A model generated the notes under the pieces. That model was not told the DNA's origin, did not search any database, and saw only the letters and a program-made list of their open reading frames with translations. Made by a program: the position numbers and the translations under genes. From the NCBI RefSeq assembly GCF_009914755.1, contig NC_060931.1: a stretch of DNA of 64,000 nucleotides; one strand, written 5' to 3'. The stretch is from the human T2T-CHM13v2.0 reference genome, Homo sapiens. The first letter of the stretch is position 1, and every line of letters starts with the position of its first letter. This document shows positions 10,301 through 25,248 of this stretch, in pieces.

Positions 10301-13049
10301 ACACCTCCCTCCAGTACTCCTTTTGTATACTGAGTACATGTCCATTCTTACACACTTTAGATACAACCTCAGACTAATTTACCCCACAAGTCTGAGTGTG
10401 CTGGACAAAATTTATTATTTATTTCAGGAAACTTCAGAATAGTTTAGAGAGACTGGAAGGCTGTGCCTGTTCAAAGAAAACTGTTTAGGTTGACCTGGCT
10501 AAGACCTTCAATTTTCTACCCAGTTTGGATGAGGGAGACAGAAACAAGGAGAGAATGGATTATTCATCTCAGCATTTAGTGCTGCCATATTTTGGGTATT
10601 TGTCACTCACCACAGAGCAAATTTGATGAAAGAATGGTATAGATCACTCTCGAATGCTCAGTGGTGAAGAAGTGTTTCTGTGTCTTCGTTTTGTTACTGT
10701 AGTATACAATAAGAGTAAATTTCCAGGTAAATAAACATTAATTCAGCCACGCAAATACAAGCCCAAATTTCTTAACATTAGATTTGGTAGATATTACTTT
10801 GTCAAATTGCTATACATGTCCTAAAGATACACTATCATTTTCCACATTTATTGTATTATGGACTGGTAATTACTGTTGGCACTCTCTGCCAGCTACAGAG
10901 GAACATACTTAAACAACATTGGCATTGAGTAGGTTTTTTTTTCCCCTTTCCAAACGTAACAAACTCGCTTGGCATCCTCATTTTGCTTTTGAAGCATTTA
11001 GGACAGACAATGAATCCACAATATAATTTGTCAGCAAATCTTCCAGTAATAAGAAATCTATATAGGGCTGACTGTGGCAACTGGTGTTAAGAGCCACTGG
11101 GGCTACAAACAAGCAAGGTGTCATTGTAGAAAGCATACGCTAGACAGAGAGGGGGCACAACAACAACCTTGTTCATACAATCAGCTTTTTACTCTGAGGC
11201 AGATCATCTCATTCAGCCTCAAATTTAGCATCTGCAAATGAAGGGGTTGAACTAAATAATCAGTAAGATCGTTTCCAGCATTGGTCTTTTCTGATTTCAA
11301 GATTTTCTAAAACTACCTCTAACTCCTACCCCAACATAAACTTTGAATGCTTTCAGATTTTACGTATAATATGCTGCTCCTTCTTTCCTGATATTTCCTT
11401 TGCTATACATGCAACTAATTCTAGTGTCTCAGAGTTAGTTACGCAATTTCTGAATAATGGTTAAGCATGTAAACTTAACTACATCTGAATTTGAGTATGT
11501 CTAGTTTGCTGTAATTAGATATTCAGAATGAAAATCAGCACCAATAACTAAAGTTCAGGACAATAAAGAGAAAACTATTCCAAGTCATGTCTCCCTTGAG
11601 ATTCTGACTGGGACTATGCTCCCTCCTTTTAGTCTCACAACTGAACTGCAAGCTCTAATTTTTGACCTTAGGAAAGTCACATACTCTCTTGATTGTAGTC
11701 CTCTACCTACAAAAATAGTGCAATAGTAAATAATTGCCTCCTCTATCTAGTACAAAACAGTAAATAAAATCTGGCAATGGAAAAATACTATCTACTAGAC
11801 GATAACTTGACCACCTTCATGCCTACATATGCTGGACATTGAATAACACTGAAGGTCACGTCATGGTGCCCCATGTTCCACCCTGCTAAACATTTCTTCT
11901 CCTAGCAACATTTGAAAAAATAAAGTTAGCCTTCTTTATAAAAGGATAAAACAATTATTAGTCCCATCCCTCTTCCAGTTTTTGATGTTTTTATTCTTCA
12001 AAGGATTTATACTCTGTTTCTCCAGCAAGTATTTTTAGAAAACATAAGCAAAACAGTCCAGTCCAAAATTTTCTTGAGAGCATCTTTCTCTCCATTCTTT
12101 CATCTCATTTTAATTTAGTGTTTCTTTCCTACATATTATTTATGCAAACTATGTATTTTATAGAAGCTAGTCTTCTCAGTCTATGTTTTCGTTTTATTTT
12201 TCAATTTACGGTGGTTTTATTCATGGTGATTTTGTTATAAAATTTAGATAGAAAAATTCTTTTTCTCACTTTGGATGCCCTCTTTTAAATCGAACGCAGA
12301 CTCTAACATGGAGAGATGATAAGATCTCTTATAAACCCACTTCAACACCCTTTCCCTCCTCAAGTTTCACAGCAACACGTTTCTTAACGCAAGAGATTTT
12401 ACTGCCTTTTAATCCAGCTTTTGAATGTCATACAAAACATCATTTTGCAGCTAAGTTTCTAAATTTAGCCTTAAGTATGTCTACCTAATTCTACCATGAG
12501 TGGATAATTGCTTAATCTTCTACAGTAATCTTCTTTACTGTTCTGCATAAAAAGAATACAAGAATATATACTTTGACTTCATTTTATATAATTTACACAC
12601 AGCTTTCCACCTACAATTTCAAACCCAACAAGTAGCAACACTAAGTTTTAGCAACAGTGGCCATTAGTAAAACTCCGATGCTTTTGCTGAGTAGACAGCT
12701 ACATAAAAAGAAAATCACCATTGCTGACAAAATACTTTTCCTTAATTGTAAATCCTTAATATTTTGTTTTTAAACTGATCAACTATAAGTTTCTTTTATC
12801 ATTATCTCTATTTCATGCATACAAATGTATATGCATAAAAATACATGTTCTTAAAGACGGGCATTAATGAATATATTAGATAATGATGCACCTTTTCATA
12901 ACTGAAGGATCAAAAAGAAAGAAAATAAACACTATAAGTGAGGGTACAGAGTAACAGATATTCTTGGTTGGTGCAAATATAAATTGGCATATTGTTTCTG
13001 GAAGGCAAGTCTATCAGAAGTTTAAGTATAAAGTTATACAGCAAAACTC

Positions 13050-14130
13050 TTGGAGAATTAAATAGGAGACAATCTTTGTGGTCTTGTGATAGCCAAATGT
13101 TTCTTAAATAGGGCAAAGAAGTACAAATCATAAAGAAAAGAATGATTTGTTAGAATACATTACAATTTAGAATATTCATTTATATAACACTACCATTATA
13201 TGGTGAAAAAGCAATACAAATAATGAGAAAAGATTTCTAAGCACATATAATCTATAAAGGGCTCATACTGAGAATGTGTAACAAACTCCTAGAAACTAAT
13301 TTAAAAAAATACAAACTAAAATAAAATGGGCAATGCTTCAAATAAATGTCTTACAAGATATTTAAATGACCAACAAACTGAAAAGTGTTCAAATATAATC
13401 CAGAGAATATAAACGAAAACTATGATACACTACTCTATAGTTACATGACCGGCTCAAACTTTGTTTTTAAATAATGGTAAAAAAGAAAGCTGTTTATTTC
13501 CAAGATTTATCAAAGACACAGAACAACTAGAATTATCATATACTTTTGGAAGGAATATAAATTTCTATAACCATTTTGGAAAATGGTTTGGCTTTATCTA
13601 CTCAATTTGAATGTATATATACCAATGACCCCACAATTCAATTTCTAGTTATATACCAAAAGATGTGTGTAAAATGTTAACAGCAGTCTTATTCATGATA
13701 GTTCTAAAACGGAAATGGTATGAATGTCCATCAACAGGGGACTGGGTAAATAAATTATTGCATTTTTCTTACAATGCAATAAAAAAGAATTAATTACTTC
13801 TACATATAAAAATGCCAGTGAATCTCTCAAGACATTAAGCAAAATAAGTCATACACAAAATAACATATACTATGCAATTCCATTTACATAAAGTTCAAAA
13901 AAAGGCAAAAGTAATCTATGGTCATAGAAGTAATCCTGGTGGTTATATTCAGGGAGAAGGGAGGAGACGGTCACCGGAGTGACAAAAAGGGTCTAGACAT
14001 ATTTTTCAGCCTGCACGGTAGTTAGACAAGTATGGTATCTTTTGCTAACTAGTGTGGTATGTCATACATACTGAAGATTTTTGTACTTTTTCTGTATCTA
14101 TGCTCATTTGTTGATAATTATATTTTCTAA
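13050..14130 (+). mobile_element. Old L1 (L1ME-like) ORF2 3' end and 3' UTR
   Basis: aaataaaatgggcaa, accattttggaaaatggtttgg, aatgtccatcaacaggggactgggtaaataaatt, tactatgcaattccatttacataaagttcaaaa. Confidence 0.85.
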
Positions 14131-14173
14131 AAGAAAGAGTATTAAATCGATGCATGCATAATCTCTGAATCAG

Positions 14174-14948
<775 letters not shown>

Positions 14949-16020
14949 GAGTATGACTGACAATACTAACTATGGTTTCAAAGGAGCAAGACCTAACTGA
15001 GTGCCAGAATCAGCTGAGAGGGCATCATTAAGCAGGAGGGGAAAAACTGCCTTTTATGGATAATGGTATCATAACACGTAGACAGCGATAGGCAGTCACA
15101 GCACAAAATGGCCACAAATGATGTCAAGTGATAAAGAAAAAAAAAGTTGAATATAATCCACTACTAGTAAAAACAAATTGAAATATACCTGCCTAAAATG
15201 TGGTACATTTTCATGAAAGAAGACAATGTTAATTTTAGTTGTATTTACATTAGAAACTATAAAAGTAAAGATATTAATTTTAATATGATAAAAATATGAT
15301 GGAAGGAGAATATCATGAAAAACGTTTGTTTTGGTTTGTTTTTCCACACTTCTGAAACCCTTGATCTTCTCTAAATGCCTGAGCTTGTTACTCTTATACA
15401 GAGTTACTCAGGCTGCTAATGCAAACAATGACAGAGTGTTGCCACAGATGAGGCATTTCATCACCACTCTGGAACTAGAAGACTCTTGGACACATTTGGT
15501 TGGAAGCAGACGAACCCCTTTATTATATCCCCTCAGTAGGTATCTGACAGAAATCCCTATGGAGAGTCAGGACACTCTCTCATACACTGCTTTTCACATT
15601 ACTGCTACTTGTAGCAGCTTCAACCCTGACCTTATTCATGTTACTAGTTTGAAATGCATGGTTATCCCCTTGATACAGTAGCCGGTGTCACTTGTTATTC
15701 ACTTGTCTCTTCAAAAGAAAAGATTCAAACTATGAAACTACTAAAATAAAACATTAGGGAAACTCTCAGGACACTGGTCTAGGCAAGGATTTTTTGAGTA
15801 GTACCCCATGAGCACTAAGCAAAAACGGGATCATCTCAAGTTTAAAAGTTTCTGCACGCAAAGGAAACAATCAACAAAGTGAAGAGAAAACCCACAGAAT
15901 GGGAGAAAATATTTGCAGACTATACACATAATAAAGGATTAATTACCAGAATATATAAGGAGCTCAAACAACTCAATAGGAAAATACCTAATAATCCAAT
16001 TTTAAAGTGAGCAAAGCTGA

Positions 16021-16326
<306 letters not shown>

Positions 16327-17235
16327 CTGAATAGACATTTTTCAAAAGAAGACAAACAAATGGTAAACAGATATACATAAAGGTGTTCAACATCACTGAT
16401 CATCAAAACTACAATAAGATATTATCTCACCCCAGTTAAAATGGCTTTTATCCAAAAAACAGACACTAACGAATGCTGGCGAGGATGTGGAGAGGGAATC
16501 TTTCCATACTATTGATGAGAATGTAAATTAGTACAGCCACTATGGAGAACAGCTTGGAGGCTCCTCAAAAAACTAACAATAGAACAACCGTAAGATCCAG
16601 CAATCCCATTGCTGGGTACATATGCAAAAGAAAGGAAATCAGTATGTTAAAGAGTCATCTGCACTCCCATGTATACAGCAGCATTATTCACATCAGCCAA
16701 GATTTGAAAGGAATCCAAGTGTCCATCCACAGACAAACAGATAAAGAAAATGTGGTACATATACACAATGGAGAACTATTCAGCCATTAAAAAGAATGCG
16801 ATCCTGTCATTTGCACAACATGGTTGAAACGGGAAGATATTATGTCAACTTAAATTAACCAGGCACAGAAACACAAACTTATGTGTTCTCACTCATTTAT
16901 GGGAGCTAAAAATAAAAGCAATTGAACTCAGGGAGATAGACAATAGAATGATGGTCACCAGAAGCTGGGAGGGTAGTGGCAGGAGGGGTTGGAGAGGAAG
17001 TGGAGATGGCTGATGGGCAGAAAAATACAGTTAGAATAAATAGGATGGAGTATTCGATAGCACAACAGGCTAACTACAGTCAACAATAATTTATTGTACA
17101 TTTAAAAATAACTAAAAGAGACTAATTGGACTGTCTGTAACAAAAAGGATTAATCCTTGAGACAATGGATACCCCATTTATCCTGATGTGATAACTACAC
17201 ATTGCATACCTGTATCAAAATATCTTATGTACCCC

Positions 17236-17236
<1 letters not shown>

Positions 17237-17267
<31 letters not shown>

Positions 17268-17275
17268 ATACACAC
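17237..17275. repeat. (TA)n(TG)n(CA)n microsatellite in L1 3' UTR
   Basis: Seen directly. Confidence 0.95.
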
Positions 17276-18489
17276 CTGCTATGTACCCATGAATATTAAA
17301 AATAAAAAAAATGTAAAAAGGAGATTCATTTTGGACATCATTTCACAGAAAAAAAAAGAAACAAAGTTATTGTTATAAGCTCCATAAATAAAACTCAGGT
17401 CATTGAGAAATGTAAAAATTATTTTGCTCTAATTAATATAGTATGTTTATAAGTGAGACATCACAATGACCCTGAAAAATACATTATGTGTTTTAGGTAA
17501 GGTTATTGATAAAAATATTCTCATAAATCTGGAAGACTCTATGTACCCCAAAAAGATGCTCTCAAAGAAAATGACAAAAAGCCTTTTCAAGGATCTCCAT
17601 TTGTTCTTCTTTGCCCAGAGACATTTAGATCAGACTCCATATGAACTTGCACTAAATGGCAGCTCATGAAGGTACAGGAAAAGGGGAGGCTCGCTGTTCC
17701 TTTAACTGAGCATGCTTTGGAAAGCAACAACTCCCTCTTGCCAAGTGGAGGTGCTTAACAGCATAGGTAAACAGCATAGGTATACCTCCCATTAGAAAGA
17801 CGACAGTCTTAAACTAGAACTCAGTTCTGGAGCCTCACTACTGGGCTCACAACTGAACTTCTTAGTTGTTAGATCCTGGGTGAGACCAAGGTTTTTGGGT
17901 AGGGCTGAGGTAATTATTGTGAGAGTCACCTGGGGTTTTCCAATATTTTAATATTAGTACAGGTATACCGGTGCCTATCAGTTGGGTACAAGACCTGCAT
18001 CCATTATATTAATGAGCGGCCATCTGGGCTCTTTTACATCTTTATGGAGAGGGTATTTATCCAACAACGAAATCCAGTTAGCTTATGACTAATACCTAAC
18101 TTACTGTTCACCTAAAATATTTGCCTGAAAGACCAAGAACAACTTTTATACCTATTTCTACCAATAACATTGTTTTCTATGTTTGCATTTCATTACTATA
18201 GTGGTTTGAAACTTTTGGAATGTGGATCCACAAATGGAACAACATTGTTTCTGTATTTAGATATTAGATAAGATGTAACCAGATTTTTGCCAACAGACAT
18301 TTTGAAGCTATCTTGGAAGGCCATGCTATTTAAAGCATGCATGCTCTTTGGATTTCCCTTGTCAATTCTTTTATTGATATTAGAATAATATACAATATAA
18401 TAATCTTATATTCATAAGCAATATTTCTCTAAGCCCTTTCCATGATTACGGATCATCTCATTTAACATTCACAATAGCTATGTAAATGA

Positions 18490-18618
18490 AAAGACTATAA
18501 GTTATTATCCAAAATGGAACATATTTTAAAGTGAAAGGAGAAAGCTAGCAGTAATTACTTCAGGACAATTGGCACAAACAGGGACTGTCCTTGGAAAACT
18601 ATAATGGATGGTCATTCC
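18490..18618 (+). mobile_element. MER94 (hAT-Blackjack), nested in a MIR
   Basis: aaagtgaaaggag...taattacttcaggacaa...aaacagggactgtcc...atggtcattc matches recalled MER94. Confidence 0.7.
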
Positions 18619-18629
18619 ACATATGAAAA

Positions 18630-18918
18630 TTATTATTATTGTCATTTTATTATTATTGAGACAGTGTCTCACTCTGCTTCCCATGCTGGAGTGCAGTGAC
18701 ATGATCATAGCTCACTGCAGTCTTGAACTCCCAATTCAGCCTCTGGAGTAGCCAGGACTACAGGTGAGCACTACCATTCCTGGGTAATTTTTAAATTTTT
18801 CATAGAGACAGGTCTCGCTATGTTGCCCAGGCTGGTCTAGAACTCTTGAATTCAAGCAATCCTCCTGCCTTGGCCTCCCACAGCACTGGGATTACAAGGT
18901 AAACCACTACGTCTGGCC
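18630..18918 (-). mobile_element. AluJ
   Basis: atcatagctcactgcagtcttgaactcc; (TTA)n tail; TSD atgaaaattatt. Confidence 0.9.
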
Positions 18919-21559
18919 CCATGAAAATTATTTTATCCTAATCTGAGGAAACTAGGGCAGAAATGTTTCAATAATGTGCCCACATTCACGGCAGAATCAG
19001 GGCTGGCTCCCTGGCAGTCTGAGTTCAGAATCTCTCTTCTGAATCTCAAGGCTGGATGACTCTAGTGGAGTCAACATGATACAAAACACAAGGCAACTAG
19101 TAGTGACAATAAAAGGAGATGACAATTTTAATAATTTGCCTTCTTTGAAATATTCACTCCTAACACTAGTTTGAGCTGGGGAGTTAACTTTTTTGCTTGT
19201 GTTTAGATTTCACTTCAACATGAAGCTCTTTAAAAAAATAACGTCCCTCAATCATTCATGTTACGTTTTAACTAGACTCGGCAAGGAGTTAGCAGTCTCA
19301 GAATCATGAATTCATGAAAAAGATGAGCTTTTGTGAATGTATTTCTTGCTTCCTAAAAAAGGTCACATCTATTAAATATAAGGAGATAACATCGTTTTTA
19401 ATAGTATTTCACACATTAGCAAAGGAATTTTTTATTAAACATAGTTATCAAATTTTTTGGAGTATTTTTAAATTTTTATTATTTTTTTGAAGGGCTCACC
19501 ATAAATATGCAGGTAAAAATTCACTGTTCTTCCAATTCTGTAAAGATATCAGGATAACAATGGATTTGACAGATTATCTGAATTTTTTTAAATGACCCCT
19601 TTGAGGATACATTTTAGAACATTTGATGTTTTCTGTTCATTCTCTTCTACATGTAGCAGGCAGGCAAACCACGTCCACTTCTTATATATAATAATACATC
19701 CACATCTGAACAAAAAAGCAACATGAATATGAAATAACTGTGAACTAACGAAATGATAACCCGGTAGGAATGAAGATTAGCACAAGCAGAGAAAGGCTGG
19801 CACTGCCATGCAGCACAGCATTCAACATCATGGTGACAGCCCAGCCAGAGATTTTCAAAGTGTACACAATTCTGCATTGGTTAAGGAAAAAAAAAAAAAA
19901 AAAAAAACTAGGTTGGAATAGGAATTTATGCTGAAAAAAAAAAAAAATCCTTACACCTCAGGCTTGGAGTTTAAAGGATTAATAAACAAATGAGCTTTGC
20001 GAATATAAACTCTTTTCTGGAAAAAAAATGTTATAAACATTATTTCATTATCTTACCAACACTTCTGCTCCTAGATAAAACTCATCCACTACAAACATCT
20101 CTGCTGCTGATGAGCTAGGCTGAAAAGAAACTGGACCTAATCTTAAATCTGGGCCTAAAGGTCCTGACTTGGGAGAACAAGGGTAGATTCTGCCCCCTGT
20201 GCCACCAAGTATGGCTGAAATTCAAGGTGCTATCATCCTAAATGGACATTCCATTTGCCTCCCCCATGATTTGGAATGAAAATTACAGTTCTCAGGATTA
20301 ACCTTGAAGTGAAAATCAACATTATCCCCATCCTCCCCTTCCTCCCTTCTTCCTCCCTCTTATTTCATTCTAACAACCACATGCGACTGCATAATGGGAG
20401 GACCAGTCACTACGGTCCTAACCTCACAAATTTCATCACCAATATCTATTTTTTAAAAGTGTCTCATGACCTCCACCTTTGCCTTTCATTAATTCCCGAA
20501 TTAAATGTGTTTTATTTGCCTTGTTATATGTGTATATGTGTTCCTTAACAGGGTCAAATTCATGATTTGCACAATTTTCCCAAGAAGAGCACATAAACAC
20601 TCTCATGCAGGTTTTGGCATCAGTGACACGGGCCCTTTAATGAAGGAAATTTGAATTTTCAGGATGTGCTCATATGCCACATATTCTTAAACCTCCCCAA
20701 ATTAATACTGTGTAAGAATTTAGCAGTTAAAATAAAGTTTTAAAAAGGCAAGAAATTACAAAAACGAGAAAAAACAAAATCCAATGTATAAATTATATGA
20801 TTCACTGCTAATTCAGCCAGGACATCTCAGAATTGCTTATCATTAGACAAAATATTTGCTTCAGATATGTTAATTTTTGAAAATTGCTTATCAGGATTTT
20901 GTTTTAATTAGTAGCCATAAAGTGCTACAAAGGGGTCTCTCCCCATTCAAAAATACTTTGTAAAAAATTAATAGAATATCTTTATAAGCATTTAAATCGA
21001 TCAAAACTTATTTTCTAGGTAGCACAGTCAGCTATTTCATTTCTCTAGACCCTTGATAAAAGGAGAGTAATATTGGGGAAAATAGTTTGATCATATTAGT
21101 TACAAGTTAGAATTGGTATGAAGAATTTGTAAAAGAGCTAAATATTCTTTGCTAACTAAACAAACCAAGAATTTTTACTAGCTCAAAATTTTGCTAAAAA
21201 GACTTACAGTGTCTTAGTTGCATGTCATGCTTATTAATGTTTTGTTATTGTATGTGATGTTTCTAAATATAGGCAAATATATTCTATGTTCATAAAGTGG
21301 AAAACTCATTCAAATAGACCTTTTTTTTCCATACCAAAACTTCTATAATATTCAGATATCAGATTATAATATGGGGAATCCTGTTATGTTATGATATGGC
21401 TTAAAATTTACCTTAATATTTTTATGTGTCTAAAAGACTCAATCACACTTCTAGCATTGACATATTGAAAATAAATATTAGGTATTTGCTATCCAAGATG
21501 GCTTATACTCCTAGTTATTTGTATAAGGAGGAAGGCTTTCAGGTGAGTTTTACAAAAAC

Positions 21560-21667
21560 AGGTACTCTAAACTACTAGATCACAGTTTCTTTGGGTGCGG
21601 CTCAAAATGCATACTTTAAAAAATCTCCCGTATGATACTGAGGTTCAAGCAGGTTTGAGAAGCACTG
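21560..21667. mobile_element. MER5-like hAT-Charlie fragment
   Basis: Ends gtttgagaagcactg; atgcatactttaaaaaatctccc. Confidence 0.55.
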
Positions 21668-22496
21668 ATATACATCATGACAGACCAAATATGTTTGCCT
21701 GTATGGCTTCCATTTGGTTTAACTGATGACCAGATACCAGATCCCAGAGGAAAATGTTTAGTTATACAGATGTCCAGATATATTCCAAACTGAAAAAAAC
21801 TGTGAATAATTTACAATAAGCTAGAGTACTGCTCTTAAGATAGTTTGAGATTAGAGTTTTAGGTTGTAAATTTGTAAAACCACAGACATTTTGAGGAGGA
21901 ATTCCAGTTCCTATTTTTAAAGATGAGGAAATTATTAAATAAATAATAGGCATTAGTTTTGTGTGTTTACAAATCACACATGCTCAAATGAGAGTGCACA
22001 AAATGAAAAGGCTATTTTTAAAATACCTAAGATAAACAGAAACAAAAAGCTTGAGTTATATCAGGTTGAGTCATTCAAAATGCATACATATTAGAGGCCA
22101 TGCTTTTCACATCCTCCTTTGTGACCTTGGAGTGTTTAATTACAGCAAATGTACTTTGGCCCAGACTAGTTCCCACTTTAAATAGAGCAAGTATGAATTC
22201 GAGGTAATTCTCCATATGAATAACTGAACCCAAGATGTGTAGAACAGAATGGTATCTTAAAAAGGATAAAGTTTGGGCCCCTCGGTTAGAGGTGCATCAT
22301 TTGTCCTCTTTATTATAACACTCAGACTTTACAAGAGTTTTCAACTTTTCAGGCTTTTCTTTTCTTTCCTTGATCTTTTCCTATCGTTTGAAACCTTTGA
22401 AACTCCCTCGTGAAACAGGCATTCATCATACCTTAGTTCTTAGACCATAAATCCAAAAAAAAATAAAGTGGTGAAAACTCAAGAAAAAAAAGAACG

Positions 22497-22528
22497 GTGT
22501 GTGTGTGTATGTGTGTTTGTGTGTGTGT
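22497..22528. repeat. Imperfect (TG)n microsatellite
   Basis: Seen directly. Confidence 0.9.
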
Positions 22529-23124
22529 AGGTGCAAAGAAGCATATTTATTTTTCCTATAGAGATGAGCCACTGTAATGGTTTATCCTAGTTATATGTTT
22601 ATGCATACATACATATTTATATAACTTTTTGTTTTCCTTAATGCCTTTAGATGTAGAAATCATTTCCTTCTGTTTAGAACAAGTATATTATCAAGTTTTG
22701 TTATGCCTGTCTTACAGCTTGTGGTTGTATTGAAAAAGTACCCGATGAGCTCCCTAGAGAGGATACCTGTTCTGCTCTATCATTTTCAAGTTCATCCTAA
22801 AGATTTCTACCAAGTGTCAGGTGATCCAGTAAGCTCACAAATGCTCAGAAGAGCCTCTCTAAGTCAGGACAGCAACTAGTTCTCTTAATCACTTCGAGAC
22901 AACTGCATAAACTGAATTCCATATGTTGAAAACAAAAAGAAAAGATTTAAGTCAAACGCAAAGTTTAGCTGATTTCTGTATGTGTATTCTATATTAACAA
23001 TAGTTTGGCGGCACACATTTTCAAACTTAGCACCCTCCTGTTGCCACAGTCTGCTGACAGCCTCCATTTAGCTGTCTTTTGAGTCCACTGCATGGTAAGC
23101 TCCTCTCTGAGGCAAGCCACGAGG

Positions 23125-23134
23125 CCTTATTTGG
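23125..23134. promoter_or_regulatory. Consensus CArG box (candidate SRF site)
   Basis: CCTTATTTGG fits CC(A/T)6GG, within repeat-free sequence; function unverified. Confidence 0.4.
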
Positions 23135-25248
23135 TGATGACAGCTCAGTGGCTGGCTGGCTGGCTGGCACAGAAAATGTTTCTGAACTGAACTGAAATTT
23201 AGCAATCTCTAACACCTTTCACATGTGTTTTGGTTTAGGAGTCCCTTTGTAAGTCTGCTAGACACTATTTTTTTTTTTAAAATAATCGGGTTTCAAAAAT
23301 GTCTCATCTGTGTGCTATAAACTCATTTAAACTTGGGAAACAATATTCTAATTAATAATAGGCATAAAATATAAAAGACTATAGAACGACCACTTAGCTT
23401 TTATTCAAATATCTTAGTTCTTCTAAAATAATCCTTTTAGTAATATGTATGCTTAGCAAATACGTATAGACTAGTGTTTTTATCCTACTTATTCAGCAAT
23501 AATACTATTTCCAAGAATAAATGAACTATTGGTTAGTTTTTATGATTAAAGTAAACTATACCTATGACTATAAGTAAACTATGACCATGGTTTAATGGTA
23601 TAAATTTATAATCATAAAAATATTTTTAATAAAAGATTATAAACCTTCTCCTAATGGCCAACTATTTTTGAATTTCTGCCTTAATATTTTGATGATACTT
23701 TTATTTCTTCCTCAAGACACATTACCATGTCTATCATGTCTCCTTTCACAGTGCAGCACCATCATATTTCCATTAACATGTGGCTCTGGACATACAATAG
23801 ATCCAACTGCACCCCTTAAAACACAGCGGCAATGTGGTAGAGAAAACTGACTTAACATAGTAAAAACTATAGCCTGAGCTCTGCTCACCAAGCTGAGTAT
23901 TACAGAGACATTATCCTGTTTCCATTTGATAGAGTTAAAGTGATCTCAATCAGAGAGCAAGATCTAAGCTTAATGGGTAAAAATTCAGAGTTGAGGTTTG
24001 AGATCCCAAACTGCCGAGGTCAAGGGCCCATGGTCATTACTCTTCTAGCAGTGACAGAAACAGAACGGATAAGTGCATTCAATCAAAAGGCATGAACAGC
24101 GAAGACGAGGCCACCCACACAAACATCTGTTTGCTCATGAGGTCCTTTTCATAGGATACCATAAAGACAGGTGTGGGGTTTGAAAAATTCTGTTTGGGGA
24201 GACCTACTGCTTGGTGAGTGCTTTTCTTCTGTAGTTACCTTCGAAGCATACTTTCAACAATTCTTCTTTAACTCATGTTTGTTTATTGAGTGCCAGTAAT
24301 GTTGACATAGTTTATGTGTGACTTTAAATCAAAGGCATATTGAAAGAAATAATATGGATTTTCACTTAATTAACAAAGGCCTTTATCCAGTTGATCAAAC
24401 ATGAGAAAATGAGAACATACCAATATGAACATTCCTTTGCCATCCTGTTCCCTCACAACAGCACTACAGGGCAGACTTTCAGTATAAAACGCATGAAAAA
24501 AATGTTTTCTCCCCTGTTCAGAAAAACTTCGATTATTAAGAATTATTCCTAAAGCATCAGTTTATCTATTATTGAAAAGAAATACATATTTTTTATACAT
24601 ATAGAGTATTTTCACAGGGCAACAGCTTCTAGATCAACTAGTTCTGAAAACTTACTATATATATTACAAAATGATTCAGTTATTTATAATATATAATATG
24701 TTTCAGTTAAATTTGCCACTTAATAGCATGATATTACATATTTGCTTGCCATGGTTTTCAATATTCTAGACCTTCCTTTAAATAGTCCATAAAATGTCCA
24801 AATTTTAGAAGTTACTTCATTGTATATCTAAATCACATTTAATAAGAGGTTATTTGTGGCAATATGTCAAGTCAAACATATAACAAGGTAGATTTAAAAC
24901 AAAACTGAGCACTGTTCACACAAATTAAATAGCTATGAATTTAAACATTTAAAGCCTTTAGAAGACTGATCTCAAAGGTTATAGAATGCAACTATGATTT
25001 AAATTGCAACATTTGTTATTTCAAAGAATATTTTTGCGTAAGTATTCTTCACCAACCATTGTACTAGGCTCTAAGAATACAGTGTTGAATTAAACAATGC
25101 ATCTCAGATGATTTAACACATGCAAGTCTGGTTTAACATATGCAAGTCAATAAATGTGATACATCACATAAACAGATTTTAAAACCAAAATCACACGATC
25201 ATCTCAACAGATGCAGAAAAAGCATTTGACAAAATCCAGCATCCCTTT

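Noticed and set aside
19772-19782. GAAGATTAGCA match to U6 snRNA
   Set aside because: Only 11 nt; flanks do not match.
20189-20206. CTCF-like ctgccccctgtgcc (also cactaggggccag near 45964)
   Set aside because: Spacing error or mismatches at invariant positions.
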